Of a DNA stretch of 64,000 bases, positions 8,827-17,826 are shown piece by piece; position 1 is the stretch's first letter, and each line of letters starts with the position of its first letter. Under the pieces are notes generated by a model. The model had not been told where the DNA came from and made no database searches. It was given only the letters and a program-made list of their open reading frames with translations. The stretch comes from Minisyncoccota bacterium. GTDB lineage: Bacteria; Patescibacteriota; Minisyncoccia; UBA6257; JAGOQP01. Where the stretch lies: the NCBI GenBank assembly GCA_041665445.1, contig JBAYIV010000001.1:6334-70333 (forward strand), read 5' to 3'. Both the position numbers and the translations under genes were made by a program.

Positions 8827-11682
8827 TTACGGAAGCGTGACCACGTTGGTGCGCGCCGGAATAGACCAAGTCGTTCCGCCGTACCCAACGAATCCACCCG
8901 TAACCGTGGCATCTCCAACCGCCTCAACTGACCACTGCATCTGGGTGTTTGAAGGCCATTTTGCAGTATCCGTCGTGGTGATTTTCAAGACCAACTGTTT
9001 GGGCGTACCCACCGCAACCGTCAGCAAGCCCGCCTTAGCAAAGAGAATGGTTCCATTCGCTTTGTTGAGCGTGATCGTGGTGGCGCCAAGGTCGTTGCCA
9101 TCTCCATCATAAAGCTTGAAGAGCAAGGCATCGTTCGCGTTGGTTCCATCAGTCAAGCCGCTCGGGAGTCCAGTCTTTGACGTAAAGGTAATGCTGGTAA
9201 AGACCGCATTGCCCAAGTCAGAGCTGTTGTTGGTGACATCCCAAACTGCGTATTGCTGTAACGTACCGCGGGAGACCGATCCTGACGGAGAGGTCGCCGC
9301 TTTCTTCACTTCGGCAATCGTCTTGCTAAAGCTGTACGTTCCTCCGGCATACGGAGAAGCAAAGCTCAATGCCAATCCTGCGGTGTCCGTATTTGAATCA
9401 TACGCCGTTCCGCTGGACTGACCGATAAACTTCATTTGGTTCACTGCGTTGGCAAGTTTAGTGACAACAACAGTGGATCCATCGGCAGCCGAATTGATGT
9501 TCGCCTTCACGATGATTGTCTTGTTGACGTTCTTGGTAAAGATAACGTCGTTCAAGAAATCAGATGAAGCAAACGTGGCTGTTTCGATGTTGGCCGCACC
9601 ATTGGCCGCAGTCACAGGGTTGGAAAGCGCCGTTACGCCGTCATCGGCATACAACGTCACTGATCCAATGCTGCTATTCGGCAATGATCCGCCCGTTCCA
9701 TCAAACGTAACAACCAAGTCAGTCAACTTCATGTCCTCGCGCTGTCCATAGACCTTGATCGCTCCCATCGTGACATTGTTTGTCGGCGAGAGAACGCCTT
9801 GGCTGTACGGCGTCAAGTTAGAATCAGCTGACGGAATGGCTTTGCCTGCCGGGTACAACGTAATAGCCGTTGTGCCGACATTGGTCGTGCTGTTGATGGT
9901 CGCACCAGATGACAATCCGTATCCGACTCCAGAAACCCAGGTCGTGGTGATGCCATCAGAACCACCGGCATCAAGCACGGTGTTGGTGACGCCCTTCACC
10001 AAGAAGGTGAGTGTCGTGTTGCCCGGAATCGTGTAGTTCAATGAGAACGCCACGTTCGTGTTGTCAACGGTGATGTCCTTCAAATCAGACACCAATGAGT
10101 CTCCCACATACAACCCCACCGAAGAGAGGTAGTTGCCTGCGGCAAACGCAACTGCAGCATCAACAAACTTAAGGTTGACGGTGCTGACAATCGTGTTTTC
10201 TCCGTTCGCGCGAACATCAAAGGCGGCCAACGTAATCTTGTTGGTGGTCTTGATGATGTAGGACGCGGCACCTTGCGGGTGCGAAGAAGACATGGAAACA
10301 ACTAACGTACCGATGCCAATGGTGATGGTGTCACCAGCAAAGCTACCGGACGATGTCGTGTTGGTTCCGGAAGTCGCGCCGCGCGCAACAACGCCTCCAG
10401 CCGCAACGCCCAAGATAATCGTGCGGGCATTGCTGTTTGAGTCACCCGAGATGTCGCCCATGAGCTGCAAATTGATTGAAGCTCCTTTGGTCAACGTGAT
10501 CGGGCTGGTCAAATTGAAGGTGATTTTGTTGTTCGTCAGCGTGGCTGGTCCGGCCAAAACGCTCGTGTTGCCAACCTGTTTCAACACCAAGTTTGAGATA
10601 TCGGAAGCCGAAATGGTTCCCGTGTTGGTGAAGGTAATTTGGTTGACCGCAACGTCTTCGTTGGATCCAGCTGAAATGTTGAGCTGAGCCATCACGATGC
10701 CCGTCTCACCGGTTTTAACGGTGGTCTTAGGAACCGTGCTGAACTTAGAAACCGAGACACTGCCCAATTGTCCCGCCGGGACGATTGAGAAGCTGTTGCC
10801 AATCAACGGATATGATCCGGTGAAAGTGCCACCAGAAATGCTGGTCGCTGATTCCAAGCCGTAGCGAAGTACCGCCAATGTGGCAGCCCCCGTTCCGATG
10901 GAAGCATCAACCGTAATGGTGCGCGTGCCGTTGGCCGGAACGACCAAAGCAGGAACCATCACGACATTAACCTGGTTTCCAGCCGGTGTCCGGTCATTGC
11001 CGAACTGAATGCCGTTTTCGTCATAAATGCGAACAGCTGAAACATCGGTGTTACCCGTTGATTCGGTCGTGCCGTATGACTTAATCGTCAAACCGGTAAC
11101 ATTGGTCGCCGTGGAGCCACCCGTGAAGACAATCTTCATAACCGGGTTGTTCGCCGAACCCTTCTGAACGTTTGCGCTCGTCGGGCTATCGGTGGCCAAC
11201 GCAACTGACATCGGGATAGCGGTCGTGGTTCCTGTACCAGTTCCCGTTCCCGTGCCGGTTCCCGTTCCTGTTCCCGTGCCAGCCGTAGCGACAAATGCGC
11301 GAGTCTTAGGACCGAAGTAACCGACTGCCGGCGAAATACCATTGGCGCTCTGGTAAGCAGCCAAAGCCGCTTTCGTCATTGCACCAAAGTAAGCCGTCGG
11401 GGCGGAGATTTTCAAAAAACCTCCATTGATCAAAACCTGCTGCAAAGCGGAGACGTCGGCACCCTTCGCACCCACGGTGAGGTCGCGAGTAAACGAGTAG
11501 GATGAGCCGGACGTTGAACCGCCCTGTGTGCCGAGCTGTGTTTGCAAGGAATTGATCTGCGCCAAAAGAGCGCTGATCTGAGCCTGAAGTTCCGCGGCAG
11601 TCTGCGCGTGCACTGAGGGCACGAGGGTAACCACCATCGCAACAGCAAACATAGCTACAGCAACTTTCTTGAAAATACTCAT
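8827..11682 (-). CDS. Large S-layer-like protein with an N-terminal peptidoglycan-binding domain
   Basis: Start MSIFKK with signal peptide, LQAQISALLAQI coil, PG_binding_1-like FTRDLTVGAKGADVSALQ...YFGPKTR, (Gly-Thr)n linker, beta-rich body. Confidence 0.85.
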   Translation of the reverse strand: MSIFKKVAVAMFAVAMVVTLVPSVHAQTAAELQAQISALLAQINSLQTQLGTQGGSTSGSSYSFTRDLTVGAKGADVSALQQVLINGGFLKISAPTAYFGAMTKAALAAYQSANGISPAVGYFGPKTRAFVATAGTGTGTGTGTGTGTGTGTTTAIPMSVALATDSPTSANVQKGSANNPVMKIVFTGGSTATNVTGLTIKSYGTTESTGNTDVSAVRIYDENGIQFGNDRTPAGNQVNVVMVPALVVPANGTRTITVDASIGTGAATLAVLRYGLESATSISGGTFTGSYPLIGNSFSIVPAGQLGSVSVSKFSTVPKTTVKTGETGIVMAQLNISAGSNEDVAVNQITFTNTGTISASDISNLVLKQVGNTSVLAGPATLTNNKITFNLTSPITLTKGASINLQLMGDISGDSNSNARTIILGVAAGGVVARGATSGTNTTSSGSFAGDTITIGIGTLVVSMSSSHPQGAASYIIKTTNKITLAAFDVRANGENTIVSTVNLKFVDAAVAFAAGNYLSSVGLYVGDSLVSDLKDITVDNTNVAFSLNYTIPGNTTLTFLVKGVTNTVLDAGGSDGITTTWVSGVGYGLSSGATINSTTNVGTTAITLYPAGKAIPSADSNLTPYSQGVLSPTNNVTMGAIKVYGQREDMKLTDLVVTFDGTGGSLPNSSIGSVTLYADDGVTALSNPVTAANGAANIETATFASSDFLNDVIFTKNVNKTIIVKANINSAADGSTVVVTKLANAVNQMKFIGQSSGTAYDSNTDTAGLALSFASPYAGGTYSFSKTIAEVKKAATSPSGSVSRGTLQQYAVWDVTNNSSDLGNAVFTSITFTSKTGLPSGLTDGTNANDALLFKLYDGDGNDLGATTITLNKANGTILFAKAGLLTVAVGTPKQLVLKITTTDTAKWPSNTQMQWSVEAVGDATVTGGFVGYGGTTWSIPARTNVVTLP

Positions 11683-12109
11683 GATAGCTATATGTTTTCC
11701 CTCCCAGATTACACACATCAGCCACACGGCATCGTATATAACTGGAGGAAGAATTGCTTAGATTAATTGACCTGAATAATATGTACCTGATAGCCATCTC
11801 GTTTCTGTTATCGACCCGCTGCTTTGCCCGGTGAGGACGAGTCAGCAAGCTAACGTGCCACAAGCGGCTCTAATTGCATTGATCTTCTTGCGAAGATCCG
11901 CGCGGGGGAAAATGTTTGCACACTTTTTCCCGCACCGATACTCACAAAGAAAAAACTCACGGCTTTTGGTGAGTTGGAAACGTGCGCACACAGAGTCGCG
12001 GGCTTTTATGGCGCTCCGCGATTGCGTGTCATCCGTTCCGCCTCACCCTTTGTACCTCGACAAACATCGAGATCAAAGGACAGAACAGCTCTCTATTTGA
12101 TTGAATGTA

Positions 12110-12138
12110 ATGTACCACATTACTGACTGCAGAGCAAC
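12110..12138 (-). promoter_or_regulatory. Probable promoter of the S-layer-like gene
   Basis: TTGCTC-17 bp (ending TGG)-TACATT, about 420 nt upstream of the start codon. Confidence 0.55.
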
Positions 12139-12237
12139 TTACTCCAACAAGCAGAAACGTGTCAAGCCCCATACGGACCTGCGAGCCAGCGCCCTGTGTG
12201 CCGCTCTAAAAGATTAAACGAGAGTCCGCACCCTTTG

Positions 12238-13209
12238 TTACGCCTCCATAACGCGCAACGGCTTGGGGCGGTTGAGAGGCGCCCCTTTTCCCTTTTTGAG
12301 ACGAAGAAACGAGTGGGGACCGCCGCCGCCCAGACGCTCGACAATCTTGCTATCCACCATATGCTGAATATCGTACCGCAACGTCCGCTCGCTCACCCCC
12401 GGAAGATTTTCTGCCACATCCCTAAGCGTTGAGTAGGTTTTACGCGAAAGTTGCTCAATAATGACCGCGTGCCGCTTATCTGCGGTCATTGCCGGATTGC
12501 GCTTTGAATTGCCGGATTGTGCAGAGACAAGAGATGTTTCCTCGCTTATGGCGGCAACAGCATCGCGTACCGCATTGCCGGACTCTTTGCCGGATTCTTT
12601 GCCGATATGATTTTCTGTCGCGATAGAATCCCCCGTTTTCTCTCTATATATAGAGAGAACATCATTGCCGGATCCAACGGTTGCCATTGCCGGACTTTCG
12701 TGCGTCGCAACGGACTGTGTGGAAGAAACTTCGTTTTGTTTCTGATTGTCAGTTGACGCACTATCCGCGGCAGTCGTTTGCGTACGCGCCTTACCCATAC
12801 TATCGGCGATTATCCCCATGAAGTCAGCCAACAACATCGGCGGTCGTGAAAAGATTCCATCGATTGATGGCTCCTGGGTACGATCCGCTCGCTCTCGAGA
12901 ATCGGGCAGTGAAGCATTGCGGGCATCGGCCGCTCCCCGTTCACGCAACTCAAGAATGGCGGCGCGCAATGTTCCTGTTTCGCGCAAAAGAACACCGGCG
13001 TTGGTTTTGCCGATTTCGCCGATATTGGCAGCGAGACGCACCGTCTCCTCTAAAGCATCGAGGGTAGCAATGTCCCGAACAACAAAGTAGTCCAGGGCGC
13101 GATCTTCCAGCGTCTGGCGAAGCTTGGGGCGCGAAACATATTCGGCCACCCGAAAAACAGCCCATACCACCTCAAACGAACGCTGATTGAAGAACTCTGA
13201 TGAATACAT
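12238..13209 (-). CDS. Protein with an N-terminal helical bundle, a low-complexity linker and a C-terminal DeoR-type winged HTH
   Basis: C-terminal RHAVIIEQL...TLRDVAENLPGVSERTLRYDIQHMVDSKIVERLGGGG matches the DeoR-HTH pattern. Confidence 0.8.
   Translation of the reverse strand: MYSSEFFNQRSFEVVWAVFRVAEYVSRPKLRQTLEDRALDYFVVRDIATLDALEETVRLAANIGEIGKTNAGVLLRETGTLRAAILELRERGAADARNASLPDSRERADRTQEPSIDGIFSRPPMLLADFMGIIADSMGKARTQTTAADSASTDNQKQNEVSSTQSVATHESPAMATVGSGNDVLSIYREKTGDSIATENHIGKESGKESGNAVRDAVAAISEETSLVSAQSGNSKRNPAMTADKRHAVIIEQLSRKTYSTLRDVAENLPGVSERTLRYDIQHMVDSKIVERLGGGGPHSFLRLKKGKGAPLNRPKPLRVMEA
12489..12694 (+). repeat. Intragenic array of TTGCCGGA motifs
   Basis: Exact copies at 12489, 12509, 12575, 12587, 12665 and 12687, plus TTGCCGAT at 12599. 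Confidence 0.85.
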
Positions 13210-13493
13210 AGGTGACGCACTCCGCTAAGTGCTTTCCAAGGTAAACCAAATAACACCACACGTCAAGAAAAAACATCCCCCCAAATGCCAACGCCAACAG
13301 GATCCCGCGGTCTGATTTCCCGCCACACGTCGTCGCTGGTCTTTGCGGCATCACCCACAGACATTTTCCGGCACCATTTCTGCAACAACCCCTGCAAGGC
13401 ACCCCAACATTACGCGAATGATTTCCACCAGTGCCCCCCCACAAAAAACACTTCAACCCTGCACCAATGTTTTCCGCCAACGCCCCACTCCTC

Positions 13494-13607
13494 GCAAAGT
13501 ATCTCCTCGCCTCAAAAATATTTCCCCGTCTTCAAAACATCTCCTCATCTCAAGGGCACCCATCCTTCTCCAAAGCATTTCCTTGTCTCAAAAACACCTC
13601 CCCTGTG
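13494..13607 (+). repeat. Degenerate 19-bp tandem repeat, 5-6 units
   Basis: GCAAAGTATCTCCTCGCCT / CAAAAATATTTCCCCGTCT / TCAAAACATCTCCTCATCT / CAAGGGCACCCATCCTTCT / CCAAAGCATTTCCTTGTCT / CAAAAACACCTCCCCTGTG. Confidence 0.7.
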
Positions 13608-13651
13608 GATAACTGTTTCTGACGATCGTCAGAAACAGTTATCCACAGGGG
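13600..13651. repeat. Perfect 52-bp palindrome containing two inverted DnaA boxes
   Basis: CCCCTGTGGATAACTGTTTCTGACGA|TCGTCAGAAACAGTTATCCACAGGGG; TGTGGATAA at 13604-13612, TTATCCACA at 13639-13647. Confidence 0.95.
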
Positions 13652-13714
13652 GCAAAGATTTAAACGATCTTCCACGCAATGCGCCAGACAGCATTTTAAA
13701 CAACGATCGAAGCA

Positions 13715-14422
13715 ATGCCGAAAGTTGACCAAAAAACATATAAAAATTTCCAAACCATGCGGGTTCAAAAAATCTTACCGCCGACAATAACCTACGCCCC
13801 GGAAGCGAACAAAACGGCCACGATTCTTTCTACGATTGGCGACTTCGGCGTTGAATGTTGTGACTTAGCAATGGCAGTGCTTATCGCCGGATATGGTGCA
13901 TCCCCAGCGCGCGTAGCAATTGTCAAAGATCGAATGCACAATCGACGAATATGCGCACAACACGATCACGCCCATACCCGCCAATGCATGCGAAGATATC
14001 GCGCCATGGTAAAAAAACTGGAGGAACAGAATCTCATCAAAAAAGAAACGAGAAAAAAGAAACTATTTTTGTGCCTCACCCAACAGGGGAAAAATTATTT
14101 AACAAAGATACGACGACACGAACAAGCCGTGCAATCACACAAAACACAAACCTATGCACGAGCACGATGGATATTAATCGTTTTTGATATTCCGGAAGGA
14201 AAGCGCGACAAACGAGCATGGCTGCGAGCAACGCTTATCACGATGGAATTTATCATGATACAAAAAAGTGTTTGGATGGGAAAATTGATCCTCCCTCGAT
14301 CGTTCATCGATGATCTTCGCGAACAAGAGATACACACCTACGTTCAAATTCTTGAGATTACTAAACGTGGGACGATAGAATGCGTGGGAAGAAAAACAGC
14401 CTGCACGGCCATCGCGCAGTGA
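13715..14422 (+). CDS. PaaX-like regulator (wHTH plus Cas2-like ferredoxin domain); start uncertain
   Basis: LEEQNLI...LTQQG wing, then WILIVFDIPEGKRDKRAWLRATL...FIMIQKSVWMG. Confidence 0.8.
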   Translation: MPKVDQKTYKNFQTMRVQKILPPTITYAPEANKTATILSTIGDFGVECCDLAMAVLIAGYGASPARVAIVKDRMHNRRICAQHDHAHTRQCMRRYRAMVKKLEEQNLIKKETRKKKLFLCLTQQGKNYLTKIRRHEQAVQSHKTQTYARARWILIVFDIPEGKRDKRAWLRATLITMEFIMIQKSVWMGKLILPRSFIDDLREQEIHTYVQILEITKRGTIECVGRKTACTAIAQ

Positions 14423-14452
14423 TGAACAAGAGCGTAAAAATTGTTGGCGTTG

Positions 14453-15643
14453 TTATGCAGTACGCAATTTTTTTGAAAAAAGAACGAGCAACGCGCTGGC
14501 GGCAAGTGCCATGGTCGCCCCGAAATAAAACGGCGCCGATGCGCCGACATGATCCCACAAAAAGCCAGCGATAAAACTTGCCGGAAGTGTCGCGATGCCG
14601 ATCGTGGCCGCATATATACCAAACGCGCGGCCACGATGGCCGGGCTCAACTATGTCCGATAGGAACGCCTTGGCAACTCCTTGGTTGGCGGCATAATAAA
14701 CGCCGTACAGGGCATACAGCGGCCAAATAACCGCCGCGCCTGACGCGAGGGCAAAACCAAGATATACCAATGCGTACGATCCCCACCCGATACACATGGT
14801 CGGGATGCGGCCGATTTTATCCGACAGCGCCCCCAAGGGAACGGCCAACGCGGCATAGATCAGATTAAAAAGCGCAATAACCAAAGGGATTTCTAAAAGC
14901 GTCACCCCCAAGCTCTTGGCGCGGAGAATTAAAAATGCATCCGAGGAATTTCCTAAAGTAAAAAGGACAATAATAATCAGAAAAAGATAAAATGATGCCG
15001 GTAATTTTGTTGGTGAGCGCGGCATGGAAACGACCGGCGACTCGACGCGAGCCGGAGAAACTTCCCGAACGTTAACGACCAGCACCGCCAACGTAATAAC
15101 CAGTGGCACCGCCGAAAAAAGCAGAATCAAATGATAGAGCGACGCACTCCCCTGCAAAAGGTAGAGCAGCGCAAAAAGAATCAGCGGGCCGACAACCGAC
15201 CCCAAGGTGTCGAGCATGCGCGCAATGCCAAAACTTTTTCCCCGCACCCGCACATCGGCAGAACCGGCGATCAATACGTCCTTGGGAGGATCTTTGACAC
15301 CCTTTCCCGCACCATCACAGGTACGCAAGGCAATAACCGACGCCCCCGAAGTAAAGAGTGCCAGCAACGGACGGCTCACCGCCGAAAGAAAATAGCCGAT
15401 AAAAATAATCGGCTTTTGTTTTTTAAACCGATCAGAAAAAAAACCAGCAACAATGCTGGAAAGATTTGCGCTGGCTGTGACGACGCCCTCGGCAACACCG
15501 ACAAACGTTTTATCAAAACCCAAAACCGCCGTCAGATAGATGGGCAAAATCGGCGAAAAAACATCTTGGCTGATCCCGCCAAAAAAACTCAGCAATCCGA
15601 CAAAAAATACATTTCTATTTTTTGAACGCTTGTCCGGTGCCAT
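14453..15643 (-). CDS. MFS transporter
   Basis: About 12 hydrophobic segments; GFFSDRFKK and GALSDKIGR motif A. Confidence 0.93.
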   Translation of the reverse strand: MAPDKRSKNRNVFFVGLLSFFGGISQDVFSPILPIYLTAVLGFDKTFVGVAEGVVTASANLSSIVAGFFSDRFKKQKPIIFIGYFLSAVSRPLLALFTSGASVIALRTCDGAGKGVKDPPKDVLIAGSADVRVRGKSFGIARMLDTLGSVVGPLILFALLYLLQGSASLYHLILLFSAVPLVITLAVLVVNVREVSPARVESPVVSMPRSPTKLPASFYLFLIIIVLFTLGNSSDAFLILRAKSLGVTLLEIPLVIALFNLIYAALAVPLGALSDKIGRIPTMCIGWGSYALVYLGFALASGAAVIWPLYALYGVYYAANQGVAKAFLSDIVEPGHRGRAFGIYAATIGIATLPASFIAGFLWDHVGASAPFYFGATMALAASALLVLFSKKLRTA

Positions 15644-15649
15644 GCGGGA

Positions 15650-17809
15650 CTACTCTTCTCTGGTGATATAAACCTCGCGCGCCTTAGCGCCATCGCCGGG
15701 GCCAATGATATTTTTTTCCTCCATCATATCAAGCAATCGCGCCGCGCGCGCATAGCCAACTTTCAGCCGGCGTTGCAAAAGCGACGCGGAGGCCTTTTGC
15801 GCCTCACGCACCACATCAACAGCCTGCTCAAGCATCTCGTCATCGTCAGCGTCCTGTTCAAATCCATCAAAAATATCCCCGCTGGTCATGGCACCGGTTC
15901 CCTCTTCGCTCTGATCGCTTTCAAACGGCATTCCCGGCTGAGCCACGTCAACCCATTCGGCGTTGTGTTCGCGGATAAAATCGGTCACGCTTTTTATCTC
16001 TTCTTCGGAAATATACGCTCCCTGAATACGCCTCGGCTTAGAAAGCTCGGCGGATATAAAGAGAAGATCGCCCCCGCCCAATAATTTTTCAGCGCCTGCC
16101 GTATCTAAGATGGTGCGTGAATCGATTTGACTGGCCACCTGCAAAGCAACGCGTGAAGTGATGTTTGCTTTAATCAAGCCCGTGATGACCTCAACGGAAG
16201 GCCGCTGGGTGGACAAGATAAGATGGATACCTGTCGCGCGCGCCATCTGCGCCAAACGCACGATTGCGTTTTCAATATCCCGCCCGTAGGCCGCCATCAG
16301 GTCGGCCATTTCATCAACCACGATAACGATAAACGACATCGCCTCATCCGTGTTTTTTTTGTTGTAGCTCTGAATATCGCGCGCGCCGGCTTTAACAAAA
16401 ATTTCATATCGCCGCTCCATTTCGGAAATCGCCCACCGGAAAACTCCCAATGCCTTTTTGCCCTGGGTAACCACTGGCGCAACTAAATGCGGCAACCCGT
16501 TATACACCGACAATTCAACTCGTTTGGGATCAATAAGAATGAGCTTGAGCGTTGCCGGGGAGTTCTTGTATAAAAGAGAGATAAGAGCCGAATGCAGGGT
16601 AATTGATTTTCCCGATCCGGTTGCGCCAGCAATAAGCAAGTGCGGCATCTTCTCAATATTGGAAAAAACTGGCTCGCCCGTTACATCGCGGCCAATGCAA
16701 AACCCCAACGTTCCCGATGAAACAAAATCAGGATAGGAAATCAAATTGCCCAACCGCACCATCGCCGCACTCTTATTGGGGACCTCAATGCCGACATACG
16801 GCCGCCCGGGAATCGGCGCTTCAATGCGAATGGGGTGTGCAGACAACGCCAAAGATAAATCCTGGTTGAGCGCGGTAATACGCGATAATTTAATGCCCTC
16901 GGCAGGTCGCAACGTAAATCGCGTTACCTTGGGACCGATATTGATTTCTCCCATCTCTACGGGGATGCCGAAACTTTCAAGTGTGCGTTTAATAATATTG
17001 GCATTGGCGCGCAAATCGCCCGCGCCCGGTTTTTCAACCGATGTTTTGAGCAATTCGAGCGGCGGCGCCTTGTAGTCGGCAAATTTCTTTAGCATTCCCT
17101 TTAATGCTTTTGCCGGCACGCTCTTTGATTGTGCAACGATCACCGCCGCCCCTTGCGCGCCATCGTCGCTGACGGGTTCTTTGTCATCTTTTTCTTTTTT
17201 CGTTTGTTCGCTTTGCGCCTCCGCTTTGCGCACCATGGCGTCCTCGTTTTTTGCCAACGCTTCTCCTTTGACCGGTTCGTCATCGTCCGATTTTCCAAAA
17301 GAAAAGAGTCTAATGGGACGATTAAACACGATCACAATGCCGATAACCGCCGCGATCACCAGCACGACTCCCCATGCTACCGGCCCCAGCCATTGTTTAC
17401 AGTACCCCATCGCAAATCCGATAATACCGGCCTTGTCATGAGCAACCACATCAATAAATCCCAGTGACGACGCAAGAAAAAGCAGGGCTCCCCATATGGT
17501 GGCACCATAGATTTTTCGCTCATTTTCATGCAGGAGCAGATTAATGCTCATCCCCGCCAGCGTGATAGGAATTAATATATACCCCCATCCCACACCCTGT
17601 GTCGCGATATCAAAAAGAAACTGGCCAATCATCCCGGCGCGCGCAAATCCGGCAAGCGAAAAAACAATCGCCGCCGCAAAGAGCACCAATGCCCAAATGG
17701 TGCGGATGGTTTCTTGTGCCAGCGCGTAGCGCGGCTGCGTATTTCCCGAAGAAACGGGAACTCGTCCGCGCCCCCCATCGCTGTGCTTCTTTTTGTTTTT
17801 GCGTCCCAT
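15650..17809 (-). CDS. ftsK: DNA translocase FtsK/SpoIIIE
   Basis: N-terminal TM domain, PHLLIAGATGSGKS, VVDEMADLM, LSTQRPS, gamma domain SLLQRRLKVGYARAARL. Start set at MGRKN. Confidence 0.96.
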   Translation of the reverse strand: MGRKNKKKHSDGGRGRVPVSSGNTQPRYALAQETIRTIWALVLFAAAIVFSLAGFARAGMIGQFLFDIATQGVGWGYILIPITLAGMSINLLLHENERKIYGATIWGALLFLASSLGFIDVVAHDKAGIIGFAMGYCKQWLGPVAWGVVLVIAAVIGIVIVFNRPIRLFSFGKSDDDEPVKGEALAKNEDAMVRKAEAQSEQTKKEKDDKEPVSDDGAQGAAVIVAQSKSVPAKALKGMLKKFADYKAPPLELLKTSVEKPGAGDLRANANIIKRTLESFGIPVEMGEINIGPKVTRFTLRPAEGIKLSRITALNQDLSLALSAHPIRIEAPIPGRPYVGIEVPNKSAAMVRLGNLISYPDFVSSGTLGFCIGRDVTGEPVFSNIEKMPHLLIAGATGSGKSITLHSALISLLYKNSPATLKLILIDPKRVELSVYNGLPHLVAPVVTQGKKALGVFRWAISEMERRYEIFVKAGARDIQSYNKKNTDEAMSFIVIVVDEMADLMAAYGRDIENAIVRLAQMARATGIHLILSTQRPSVEVITGLIKANITSRVALQVASQIDSRTILDTAGAEKLLGGGDLLFISAELSKPRRIQGAYISEEEIKSVTDFIREHNAEWVDVAQPGMPFESDQSEEGTGAMTSGDIFDGFEQDADDDEMLEQAVDVVREAQKASASLLQRRLKVGYARAARLLDMMEEKNIIGPGDGAKAREVYITREE

Positions 17810-17826
17810 AAAATTGTGCGTAGTGC

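Noticed and set aside
8027-10687. Long + strand ORFs opposite the surface-protein genes
   Set aside because: Antisense shadows caused by biased Thr/Gly/Ala/Val codon usage; the same applies to most overlapping ORFs in the track.
11225-11283. Hexamer-like DNA repeat in the S-layer gene
   Set aside because: Encodes a Gly-Thr linker with varied synonymous codons, so it is a protein-level repeat.
11683-12105. RNase P RNA, tmRNA, SRP RNA or a known riboswitch
   Set aside because: Signature sequences (GAGGAAAGTCC, tRNA-like ends, the SRP GGAA loop motif) were not found by eye.
12900-13209. Diversity-generating retroelement (Avd-like helical bundle)
   Set aside because: No reverse transcriptase and no TR/VR pair with adenine-specific mismatches in the window.
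13285-13768. ORFs spanning the palindrome (both strands encode LWITVSDDRQKQLSTG)
   Set aside because: The identical peptide on both strands is just a consequence of the palindrome; the rest is low-complexity repeat translation.
13494-14422. CRISPR-Cas locus (Cas2-like gene plus repeats)
   Set aside because: The repeats are degenerate, head-to-tail and have no spacers; no cas1 or effector genes; the protein has a PaaX-type wHTH.
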